The notes below the pieces were generated by a model, which made no database searches, was not told the DNA's origin, and saw only the letters and a program-made list of their open reading frames with translations. Below, piece after piece: positions 52,403 to 64,000 of a stretch of DNA of 64,000 nt. The DNA lies in contig CM119265.1 of assembly GCA_051294375.1 (NCBI GenBank), positions 7,202,629-7,266,628 on the forward strand, in the 5' to 3' direction. Position 1 is the stretch's first letter; every line of letters begins with the position of its first letter. The DNA is from Paraspadella gotoi (lineage: Eukaryota; Animalia; Chaetognatha). The position numbers and the translations under genes were made by a program.

Positions 52403-52675
52403 GTCTATCTCTCTCTCTCTCTCACTCATCCATTTAAGAACTCCACGTGCTGCGTTGTGGCTGTAAAGCGAGCAGAAAGAAGATAGAGAGAGTGAAAGAG
52501 AGAGAGAGAGAGAGACTCTTGGGAATTCAAACAATGGCGCCCGGGATTCCACACCAATCGTAAAAGTCTTCTTTCTTCAACTGCGTTACGCGAAAAGGAC
52601 GCGATGAAGGGAGAGAGAAGCGACAGCGCGGGTTGGCTCGCTCTCTCGATTCCTCCAGCTCGCGCCTTCTTGTTC

Positions 52676-52739
<64 letters not shown>

Positions 52740-53218
52740 AAGAGAAAGAGAGAGAGAGAGAGAGAGCATAGGGGATAGAGTTAGTGTAACAGAGAGAAAA
52801 ACTAGAAAAACAATGTGAGAGAAAGACTGAGAAAGATACATGAGAGAGAAAGATAGAAAGACAGAGATAATCTCAAGCAGGCCCATTTCCTCCGATTTCA
52901 TTTCTGCCTTTTTTTCTTCATCTTTTCATCTCTGGTTTTCCTCCTTCCCTCAATCCTTTCCCGGAATCGTGCCTTTCCTTCTTTGGCTTCTGTTTTATCT
53001 TCCCCCCCCCCACGCTCCCCCTTCGCCTCCCCCTCTTTCGTCCGCGCGGTCGGTCGAGTTTGTACGTACACGGTGATAGGAAACGGAGGTAGCTTTGTAG
53101 TTGTATTTGTACAATGTACATAGTTCTAGTTTGATTTTTTTCAATGGTAGTTTAAATTATCATTAGTATTCACATCGAGAATCATAATATCGATAAAGTT
53201 AACAGTATTATTGATATA

Positions 53219-53428
53219 CATGAAAATGGTACAACCAATAATATAATGATTAGCCGTTCATTTAATAAATAAGCTATCTTGTCCCTGACTTTGGACAGGC
53301 TATGGTGATTTAAGTCCTCCATCACACAAGATAATAACATTGCAGGATCCTTTCATCTTGCAATCAAGACTCTCTCACAGTCTCGTTTATTCACTCCTAG
53401 AGCACCTGGCTTCCCTATCAATGAAGTG
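53219..53428. repeat. Family A repeat, near full-length copy
   Basis: Aligns with 21064-21273 through cctggcttccctatcaatgaagtg. Confidence 0.88.
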
Positions 53429-55723
53429 TTAGTGTTAGTGTTAGCGTATTCTATTCTAACTATTGTTGATATTTTCCTGTCCCGAGGAAAATCAATTTAC
53501 TTTTTTCCTCAATCGCGAATCAATCACTCTGTACTTTTTCTCTCTTCGGATTTAAATTGAAACGGCCTTTTCTGCCCTTTCCTCTTTTTCCACGTATTTC
53601 TCCTTCTTTTTTTCCTTTTCACTTCTGCTCTTTTTTCTTTTTTTTTTCTTTTCTCCCGATGGCCTCTCTTTCTTTTCTTGGGCTTCAAATTAGGTTCCCT
53701 GTTTACCTTTCTTCTTTCCTCTACTTCTTGAGACGGAATAAAGAAAGAGGAGGGAAAGTTTCCAACGTTTTCTCTCTCGCCAAGAAAACTTTAACCATTT
53801 TTTCGACTTTAAGAAGAAAAAAAAAAGACAAACGCAAAATTAAATTTTTTCCTTCCATCCTTTTAAAAATTTATTACTCCCTCTTTTTCAAAAAAAAAAA
53901 TTATGTTTTGGCGACAGAAGGCACGTCTCTCGCTCTCCTTTTCTTGATCGATGAAATATTAGTGGCTCGTATTCCGGCGCCAAGCTCTCATTTTTAACAA
54001 AGCTTCCTTTATGATTGTAATTATAAAAACTCAGCCGCGCCGATCGTTGTCCCTTCACTTAACTTACCCGCGGCGACTTCCCCGCGGTTGGGCTCGACTA
54101 CAGACGCCCCTTTCCTTCCTTAATTTTAACTAATGGACCCTTACTTAGATCCGCGGTCGGAAGCCCCACCCAATATTTCCATAAATGCCAAGCTTCCCCT
54201 TCCGTCACGAGGTCTGGCGCCAGGAACCTTTCTCTCAATGAAAAACAGTTGGTTCTCGCCCAACGTCACCCGGGATGAATCCAACAAGGGAGAGGGTAGG
54301 CGGGGGCGGGGAGAAGAATTTTCTTGAAAAAACTGTTATCTATTTTTTTTTGGGGGGGTGCAGTAACGCATTCGTATAAATTAATTTTCAGCAACTCGTT
54401 GGACGTTAAGAAGGTCACTTTATCGCACTATTACCATGTAAACAGAGTTTAGTCAATTAAATCATTCACTATTTTTGCTTGATATCTAAATCAGTCAGTC
54501 CAACCATAAACAAATCGTTAGTTAAAATTTAAACGTTTTACAAATCGAAAACGAAAATTTAAACATACCAATGCCCAACTTTCGCCGCATGTCTGGACCT
54601 TTCTGCCTCGGATAAATTTTTCTTTCGCTACTCTGAATATACATAAGGACGGAGGGACTCCACTCGCGACGACAATGGAGCGCGATGGCGCGTGGTGGCG
54701 CTGAGACCAACGGAGCGAAATACTCGCGATGCGCCACTTATTCAAATTATGAATCGTTTATTTCCCATTAGCGGAGCCCGCGGCGCCCACGGCGCTGGGA
54801 AACCCTGGGTGGCGCCCGTAAGATATCACGAGGCGGAAGTTTCGACGCCCGCGCGAAGGAAATAGATCTCGAGAATAGTAGGAGAGGAGATTCGGCGGAG
54901 GGAAAGGTCGCGGGTTCGAATCTCGGGGTCGGATAAAAATTGTTTAGCTTTAACTTGAATTGGTTCACGAAAAAAAAAATAATTGAAATTGTTTTTCGCT
55001 TCGCGATGAATTTTGAATTTAGTTAAGAAATGAGACCGAAGCTCAAAGATAACACAATATACTGTCCGCTAAACAAACTTTTTCGTTTATATAAATGAAA
55101 TTTGCAAAATTACCTGTTTCACTATCTTTATTTTTTATATTTAAAAAAACCATTATTTATGATTTGAATTATAAGTTAAAATATTTTATATTATATTATT
55201 TTATATTATATTATTTTATATTATATTATTTATCTGTGCATCTACACAACTCAAGGTTAGATTACTTTCTGTTACAGTTTTCTAATATCGTACATCATTC
55301 CTGTTGGAAAATATTAATGGGAAACTCATAAAAAGAACAAAAAGGGGGATGGATATTTTTTTTGGGGGGGGGATTAAGGTTATATTGTATGATTGTTTTT
55401 ATCATAAGTGTTAAATTTTTATTTGTTACGAGATAGTCTCTCGGTTGTTTGATGCCCTTTTTATTATTGAATTCGTATTTTGTTGCTTACGAAGTATCTG
55501 ATTGATCAAGTATTTTAAAAGTCGCTCTCTGATTGGTTAGTCCTTATGATTGTACCTTAACCAAAGATATAAAAGAGATGTGCTTACCTAAAACTAAGCG
55601 GATAAGTTACCAATGATTCGTGACAGTCGGTAAGCATTTAAAATGATATTTTGTAATTTTATGGTTAAACTTAAAGTTGACTATTTTTAATAAGTTCTTT
55701 TTTTTTTTGTATCTTTAGAAATA

Positions 55724-55830
55724 GTCTCCCTTCGACTTGCTTTATGTCTCCCTTCGACTTGCTTTATGTCTCCCTTCGACTTGCTTTATGTCTCCCTTCG
55801 ACTTGCTTTATGTCTCCCTTCTACTTGCTT
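55724..55830. repeat. 22-bp minisatellite (gtctcccttcgacttgctttat), ~4.9 copies
   Basis: Four perfect units plus one variant partial unit. Confidence 0.95.
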
Positions 55831-56370
55831 CACGTCTCACGCTCATGCTATGTCTACTACAATAAATATTACTAAATTTACATTCTTCGAATCTCTATAA
55901 ATAAATAGCAAGTCAGAAAACACTAGCTCGCTCACGGCGTTACGGTAAAATCCTCAATAATAAGGATAAGATTGTGATGTGTATCCGTACGTAAACTGTG
56001 TATGTGTATGTATGTGTGTGTGTAAGGAGAGTAAGGAGTACACAAGAAGAGAGAGAGAGAGAGAGAGAGAGAGATAATCTCGGTACGTTACTCGAATTTA
56101 CATTTTGGACGGAAAATCCCGTCTATCCCTTCTCTTCTTATCCCCTTCCGAATCCCTTTCTCGTTCTCCATCCTCGTTCCCCATCCCCAGCATCAACCCT
56201 TCCACATCACCTTTTAAAAAAATTCCCTAACATCGACGACAATCAAAAGTGATCGATGTTTCTCGCTCGAGATTCTCTTCCTTCCGTCACTCAACGAGTT
56301 TCGACGCCAAAACGAAAGATTTTCGATATTTGATATGTTTTTCGCCAACTCAATTTTCTTTTCTTCTCAC

Positions 56371-56416
56371 CGGGTTTGATCTTCCGCGGATGTGATAAAT
56401 CCAAAATTATCGAGAT
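56371..56416 (-). CDS. Candidate distal N-terminal exon of slo-2, (D)LDNFGFITSAEDQT(R)
   Basis: T-rich acceptor ending tag, donor CCG/GTGAGA. The phase-2 end CG plus T gives Arg directly before VRVEF, as in vertebrate ..NDDR-VQVEF. Implies a ~44-kb intron. Confidence 0.3.
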
Positions 56417-56522
56417 CTAAAAAAAAATGTTTTTTTTTTATATTCCTACGTAGTTGGGAAGAGAAGAAAAAAGAAAAGAAATATAAAAGGAGAAGGGGAC
56501 GGTGGGAGTGAGGGAGATAGAC

Positions 56523-56563
<41 letters not shown>

Positions 56564-56660
56564 AGACGAATTCCTCTCTATTTCCCAAGCGGTCGGCGTT
56601 CCCGCCTTTGTTAGGTTTTACTTCTCACCTCTTCAACTTAACAGCCTCCCACTTCAATTC

Positions 56661-56722
<62 letters not shown>

Positions 56723-57635
56723 TAGATAAACATCGGTAGGAAAACAAAATGATCTGACCAAAGGCGATTAGAATTATCTATTTCCCCCGATGAAAACGTC
56801 CTTTTCTGTTTTAAAACGCTTGATAAAGACTGCTTGATGCTTAGTGCGTCGTCGCAGACAAGCAATGGTGGTTGGAAAAGTTACTATCACTTTTTTTTTG
56901 CATCTACGTAAGTGGAATAAGTTTGGGAAATGGAAAATTGAATGTGTTGAAGTAAAAACGATAGAAAAATAAAAAAAAATAAATAAAATGTAAACTACAG
57001 TTGCATCCGTCTAGAATTTCTGAGACGGCAAGCTCATGAAAAAGGAAAAAAATGAAGAGGGAGAGAAAAAAGGAGAAAGTGTAAGAGAGAGATAGAAGAA
57101 AGAAAGAAAAAAAGAAACAAAGAAAGAAAGAGGTAAAGAAAGAGAGAAAGAAAGAAAGCGAGAAATAATGTAAGAGAATGGAAAGTAGAAAGGAAAGAAA
57201 GAAAGAAATAAAATGGTCAAAAAAGGAGGAATTGATGATTCGTGAACCTCCAGTAATCGATAATCAATATCACATTTGTCATTTAAGAGTGGTCGCGCGA
57301 ATAGAAAAAAAAATGTCATTATTAATAAATGATTACATTTTATACATAAAAAGAAGGCAGACACTATTTACATTTATGGTTATGGTCTTTGAATAATAAA
57401 GAACTATTTAAAAGAATATACATTTTGCATTACTGACTATCGGATTAAATGTATAAAATTAAAATAAAATCTGGAGGTAAACGAAAACAAATCTTTAATT
57501 ATGCAAATGAGATTGAAGATGTTTTTGGGAACTTATAACCTAATAATACCTACTGATATTAACAATTTGAACGAGACTTTTCTCCTCCACTTTTCATTCT
57601 TAATGATTTTTGTTCCTAATTTTTTTCATTTTTTC

Positions 57636-57673
<38 letters not shown>

Positions 57674-58494
57674 GTTGTTTTTCACCGAAATTTTTGTCTC
57701 TTGAGCCGTGACCTCCTCTCCTTCTCCGCCATTACATCGCTCACTCTCCTAATCCTTCCTGGAGTTTTCCTCCATCGGTCCTTCAGTCCATCTGTCCAAT
57801 AGGGTGGAGTGATGAAAAGATTGAGCGATGGAACAATGTTTTTTTGCTGCCTTTGTATATGTAATAAAAAATAAATAAACACTTTTTAAACAAAATTGAA
57901 TAACAGTATCATAAATTGAATTTGGTTTATTTTTTTATTCCTATTAATATCCTTTAACGAAAATTGGTTTTTGATGGAACAACAATTTTATTTATATAAG
58001 AAGACATGTTTGACTCTAATAATATCAAACATATCAAACATATCAAAAATTTTGTTAAATATGTTTGATAATATTTTTATGTTAAAGACGCAAAAAAGGA
58101 TTAAAACGTTTTATCATAAAATAATTTCTATTTCAGAGCGTGAAAAAGTGGAGAATTTTGACCTTTTTATCCATTTTTGACGCTGAAGACATTTAAAATA
58201 TTTTATATTTTTGATATAACTTTTTATGAAGATTCAGAATCTTTAATAAAAAAATTGTAAAAATTATTTTGAAAATTTATTATTTTATTAGGATATTACT
58301 ATAAATATATTGTAATTAACGATACTGTTCCCCAAACCATATAAGCAAAATATTATTTGTACTCTTTAATCATACTATCTTACGTTTAAATATCCTTGTT
58401 TGTTCACTCAAATAAAATTTATGTTCCCCAGTGCTCCACTCTACTGTCCAATCATTTGTCCATCCATCAAGCTATCTCTTCTCCTTCACTGTCT

Positions 58495-58546
<52 letters not shown>

Positions 58547-58689
58547 TTTTTCTTTCTTTCATTCTTTCTTTCTTTGTTCCCTCCATCTCTAGTTTGGTTG
58601 TTTAATCTTCTCATTTCCAACTTCTCCTTTTCAACTTCCTTTTCCTTTTTTTAAAAATTTTTCTCTCTCTCCTTTTTTTCTAATTTCAA

Positions 58690-58911
58690 CGGTTTCCCGC
58701 CTTCTCCGCTATAAATTTCCGGCGCGCTGCGCGCGCTCGTCCCCGAAGCCGCATCTACGGCGCCGCGTCGCCGCGGTTCCGGCGCCGCGAAGGCGCCCCG
58801 CGATATAACGTCGTCATCTCGGCGCGATTTTTTTTTCTCTCTCTCCCAGATCACGCGCACGCGCGCACCGTTAATCACGATAAAAAACAGTCGTGTGCGG
58901 ACGCCAATCTG

Positions 58912-58955
<44 letters not shown>

Positions 58956-59050
58956 TCTCTCTCTCGTTCACACTGGTAGGCTCGCGTCCCTGCGACGCGG
59001 CGATGACGGCGTCTTCCGCCTGCGACGCGATTTTCAAACCTTCGGCTTCT
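58690..59050. promoter_or_regulatory. GC/CpG-rich island, possible promoter region
   Basis: Dense CG/GCGC sequence against an AT-rich background, with no convincing coding frame. Confidence 0.3.
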
Positions 59051-60446
59051 CTTTCTCTCTCTCACCGTCTTCCGAGATGCGATTCGTATAATTGCCATTT
59101 AATTTCTCCTCAAACGCCAATAATTTTTCTCCTTTACGACCGATAAGATATCTCGTTTTTAAACTTTTTTGTCGCTTCTTTTTTAAAATAGAAATGGATC
59201 CGCTCATGTCTTTTTTTAATTAAAGTGTTAATGTTAAGAAGTTGCTTTTCTTTTGCATCACGTTATTGTATATTTTATCTCAATTTGATTGATGGTTTTC
59301 CGCAATGAATTAATAAAAAATATGAAATAGCTTAAATTACGCTCCTGTGCAAAAAAAAAAAAAAAAAACGCGCCAATTTATAACTTCCAGACGTTCTATA
59401 AGAACATTTTTAAAAATTATATAAGAAAAACAAATTAAAAAAAAAAGAATAAATGTGTATAAATTGTATTACAATCGATCAAGTGGTTTAGGAGATATGA
59501 AAATTTTTAAACTAGTGTTCTAAAATCAAACGGGAAAATCGACTTTTATCTAAAAGCTTCAGAATCATGGACTTGTCATTCATCGTATGTTTCAATAACC
59601 TTAAGATTATTAATGAGGGATCTGGGGCAATCCAGTTATCCAGCTATCCCTCCGGATGTCCAGTGTAATTTTTTTTTTCATTTTTAATTTACTACAAGTA
59701 ATGCAAAATATCAGAAGAAATAGGATTAGTCTTAAATCTATCAGATTTTTTTACATTCAGCTTTGCGGTAGAGTACTTCATTTTAAAAAATCACTGCCCC
59801 GAAACGGATGTTCTGATTTTAATAAACTTTATGTCAAACTTATCATCTTTCAATAAACTTAAATTCGCTTTTAAATTTTTTTTAAAAATTCAAGTATATG
59901 AGGTGATTTTTAAAGTTTGAAATAAAGTGGCGCAATTTTTTTGCACATGACTGTAAAGTAAAAATGCGAGATCGATTGAAAGCAAGTTTCGAATCGATGA
60001 AGCGTGTTAAATTTCTCATCTCTGGCAAATCTGTCTTTACAATTTTTTTCTGACAAATAAAATCCTCCGCCATTTTGCCTCATTTCGGTACATGCTTTTG
60101 ATACCTTCTCATCTTACATTAGTTTTTATAAAACAAGTTCTTTTGATTGTGATTATTATACGTTGATTTATTACATAGTATTCGGATCACTTAATAACAT
60201 TTTTGCAGATTAAGGGCCGCCGAGCGTTGTAAACTGATAAAAAGAGTTCAACCTGTAAATACAGTACTATAAAATGTAATTTCTTTAATTTTCTTAATCA
60301 GTGATTCATAATAACCGAGTTATGTAAATGAAATGTAAAAACTTTGTTCCTCTTTCACGTTTTGCCAGATTGCCTTTGAAAACAGAAACCAGAGTAATCA
60401 TCGCAAAAGACAGAAACAAAACAAAAACATTTATTGGGAAATAAAA

Positions 60447-60489
<43 letters not shown>

Positions 60490-61673
60490 GGAGTAGAGAG
60501 AGAGAGAGAGAGAGAGAAAACCGAAATTCCCTCTCCAATTTTGGCTGGAATTGATGTTTTGTTGCTTCTTTTTTTTTTCCGCGGAGGCGGAACTGAGTTT
60601 TAACGGGAGACACAAATTTCCGGATTCACATTTCACCTCCAGATTCCTTTTCGAAATGAGGGGAAAGGGGAGCAGTGAGAGAAGTTAGAGTGTTGACTGC
60701 TGAGGGGGAAACAGGGAATAATATTTGCAGGTGACCAGCGATTCGAGGTTCAAAGTCAAGCGAGTCATCGCCGTGAAAACTAAATGTTAGGTACCATAAT
60801 GATAATATTTACTCGTGATTTTCATTTTCCAAGTTTCTGTCTATGACAAAAAAAAATTGCCAATGGCCTAGTGTAAATGTTCATTGGTATACTTAATACT
60901 TTTCCAATTTGCAGTGTCCGCGATTGATCCTTAATTGTTGAATTTTTTAAAATTATCTTTTTATTTTTAGTGCTATTAGTGCAATTAGTCTTGCTCATTT
61001 ATCGTTTGTATGTCAAATTGTTTCTTTTATAGTTTTATCGTTTTGTCTTTTTATCGTCTTAACTGTCAAATTGTTTCTTTTATTTCAGAAAAAAAAATTC
61101 CTGAATACCTTTTTAACTTTCTTAATGCTTAAAGTTAAAGTGTTCAGAAATTCTTGTTACATGAGGGGGGATAAGTATTTTTTTTATTTTTTTTTATTAG
61201 CAAAGATAGAGGGTAAATGTCCTGGAAAGGACGAATGATTTTTTCACTGATGGAATATTCCCGAAAGACTGTCGATGCTTTAACAGAATTTTCTCACCTT
61301 TGCCGAGACACGAAGAGACAATTTTTTAGTCGGTCGATCTGTCTCACTCAATATCGGTCAGTATGGCGTTTGGGTTGAATTAAGGCTTAAACTAAAGGTT
61401 ACTTACTTATGAATTAATTATAAACCAATTAATCGGCAAAATTCATTGTGAAACATTAAATGGTAAAATTAAAATGATTGCTATTTTATGTAAATTAGAT
61501 TTAGGCAAATATTCTCTCTTTTAAACTCTTTTTTTTTCTTGTTTGTCAAAGAGTATGAAAAATACTAAATTAAGTACAGAATTCAAACCTTAGCGGTATG
61601 ATACACTCGGAATATCGTTTAGTCAATTTTTTTCGTTCATCACGCGTCATTTGATTTTAGTTGAATTAATTTA

Positions 61674-62030
61674 AAAAGAACGGTTATTCCAATGTGTTGC
61701 GCCGCAGTGACTTTATTTTCACGTGTATTTCCCTTTGATCACATGATACGACATGACATGACATGGGTAAAAAACTTTGTGAGCCCTTGTATTTATAACA
61801 TTCACTGCATCGAGTCTTTAGAATTTCTTGAAGGCGGCGCTAGCAATCCCTTTGATTTGAACTCATTTTCTGTCTTAACAAATGAGCAACCAACGATAGG
61901 CGAATTATATGCTTTTTTAACGTAAGTGGGACAGACCGACGGACTGACATACCGACCGACAGACAGGCCGACGGGCCAACCGAAAAGTGACTTATAGAGT
62001 TGCTTCGCGAGTATTCACTATTCGTCAACT
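61674..62030 (-). mobile_element. Non-autonomous Helentron/DINE-1-like element, same family as 35774-36110
   Basis: Reverse complement aligns with the 35.8-36.1 kb copy (gtctgtcccactta, gttgctc.tttgttaagaca, ctagcgccgcctt, gatgcagtg, aagtcac.gcgg..caacacattgga). 5' part is shared with 26600-26697. Confidence 0.65.
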
Positions 62031-62410
62031 TTTCGTTTCAATTCTATCGCTTTTGATTTAAAACCGATAAACCGTTACTCGCTGAAAATTGAATTTCCGC
62101 CAAAGCCTAATTATTTAACTATCGTAATAAAAATGGGAAAAAATGGATTAAATGGATGAAATTAGCCAACGATTTTTTCTGTGTGACGCAACGCCAACGT
62201 CACAAGCGTCATGTGCGTCAGCCGATTGTCCACGATATTGACGACGACGACGACGACGACGACTGCCCGTAAATTGTATTAGATTTACGAGGAGAATATC
62301 AAGAAGACGACGACGATATTTAAGACGATGAAGGCGACGAGGGCAACGACGTCGACTTCTAAAGAGACAGTTATTTATGATTCTAAGAATTAGAGCTTTC
62401 TCTCGCTCTC

Positions 62411-62448
<38 letters not shown>

Positions 62449-63055
62449 GTCTATCCTCTCTCTCTCTTCTCTCTCTCTCTCATCTCTCTCTCTCTCTGTC
62501 TCTCTTCCTCTTTCTTCTCGGCGCGTGCTGTTGAAAGACAACGCGATATGATCAATGATTAATGATAAACTCTTGCGACTCCGTTTTTTCAACATAAATA
62601 TATCTTCTCTTTTTCTCTCGTCTTTTTTCTTTTGCGTCGTAACCCTCTAAGTTTTAATGAGGCCCCTCCCCCATCAAGTAGTCTCAAGTTTTTTTCTTTC
62701 TTTTTTTCATTTCATCAATTCATCACTCTATCACTCTGTCAGTCAATCACTAAATCTTTTCTTTAATCTTCTGATTAATCTATTACTCAGCTCGCTTCAG
62801 TCGTCACTTCAGTCTCTCGATCATCAGTTTTAACTACTTGCATCATCATCGATCTTTCCTCAGATCCTCATCCCCGTTATATAATAATGTTCCCTTATCT
62901 TTCCTCATTTTTTTTACATTTACAGGATTCTCCCTCTCTGCGGCTTTCTTATTTTCCTCCTTTCTTTGTTCTGGGCTTCCCTTTTTTCTCCCAAGATTTT
63001 GAGGAACGTGTGTCTCTCTCTCCTCTCTCTCTCTCTCTCCTCTCTCTCTCTTCTC

Positions 63056-63088
<33 letters not shown>

Positions 63089-64000
63089 TCTCTCTTCGTA
63101 CTTCCCGTCGCTCTCGCGCCCTTCCTCCCTCCATCCTTTCCTTATCATTGAATAAAGTCCTGAGATAAAATAATAATTTCTTTCCAATTTTTTCCCCAAC
63201 AGAATTAAAAAAAAAAGAAGAAGATATCAGCTTGGACAAGTCGACAAAAAAGAGCGCTATTCGTGAATTTCCCTCTCGGATTTTAGAGACAAAAAAATAA
63301 ACAAAAACAAAAAACCATACGTAATAAAACGAAATAATAAAAAAATGATTGAATTTTTTTGCGATTTGCCGGTGAGTGAAAAATGAGAAAGTGAGAGTCA
63401 GAGAGAGGAGAGAAAGAGAGAGAGAGAGAGAGAGAGACGAGAGAGATGAGAGAGCGAGAGAAGAGAGGAGAAGAGGAGAGGAAGAGAGAGGAGAAGAGAA
63501 AGAGAGGAGAGAAATAGAGATAAATGCGCTCGAAAAAAACAAAAGCCTGGATAATCGATCTGTTCAGGAATAAAGAGGTGGCGCTCCGAGACGTTTGTTT
63601 TCCGGTGAGACAAAACAGCGACAGGAAAAGAAATAACGGGAAAGGGGGGGTGGCTGAGAAAAAAATGTCAAAAGGCGGCGAGGCGTGAGCCTCGAGTGAC
63701 CCGATCGATTCTTCACGCGAAAACTGAGAAAAACGTAAAAACGTAAAAAGAAACATCCCCTCGGTGAAAAATGTCTTCAGAGAAAAAACAGAAAAAGCGT
63801 AATTTAAGGGAACCGTAAATCTTTTTTTTCTTTTCGAGCAAAAACGTTATATTATTTTAACGCTAGGTTAAAAAAAAAAAAAAGAGTAAACAAGCAATCT
63901 CTGTCTTTCTTCTCCTTTTTCTTCCTCCCTCCTTTTCTCTCTTCTATAAGTTTTTCAAACCGCCTTTCCCTTCCGAGCACCGCATTTCATCTAAAATTCA

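Noticed and set aside
54895-54932. tRNA-like T arm (aaggtcgcgggttcgaatctcg)
   Set aside because: Only a B-box is present, with no A-box or cloverleaf.
55724-55830. CRISPR-like array (also 30399-30484)
   Set aside because: Head-to-tail repeats without spacers, no cas genes, and a eukaryotic context. These are minisatellites.

Overview
This is AT-rich animal (probably invertebrate) draft genomic sequence with several N-gaps and a very high density of (GA/TC)n microsatellites. It is not prokaryotic: there are no operons or CRISPR arrays, and almost all entries in the ORF track are microsatellite or gap artefacts. The one solidly supported gene is a minus-strand SLO-2/KCNT (Slack/Slick-type) potassium channel. 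I traced 11 consecutive coding exons by hand (12506 down to 532), all with GT-AG boundaries and matching phases, covering the N-terminal VRVEFYVNE motif, S1-S6, the TVGYGD pore and the start of RCK1. The gene continues off the left edge. The other ~51 kb looks like large 5' introns or upstream DNA. It holds a decayed Jockey-like LINE inside a GA tract, Helentron/DINE-1-like non-autonomous elements, an unclassified ~210-bp repeat family (two copies form a perfect 147-bp inverted pair), a mariner-type transposase remnant, a tRNA-derived SINE-like head, a CCA-tailed tRNA-Leu 3' half, candidate alternative N-terminal exons (including a 17-nt microexon) and several regulatory motif clusters. I found no convincing evidence of a wholly new biological system. 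The best leads concern SLO-2 isoform control through the microexon, alternative first exons and intronic inverted repeats.
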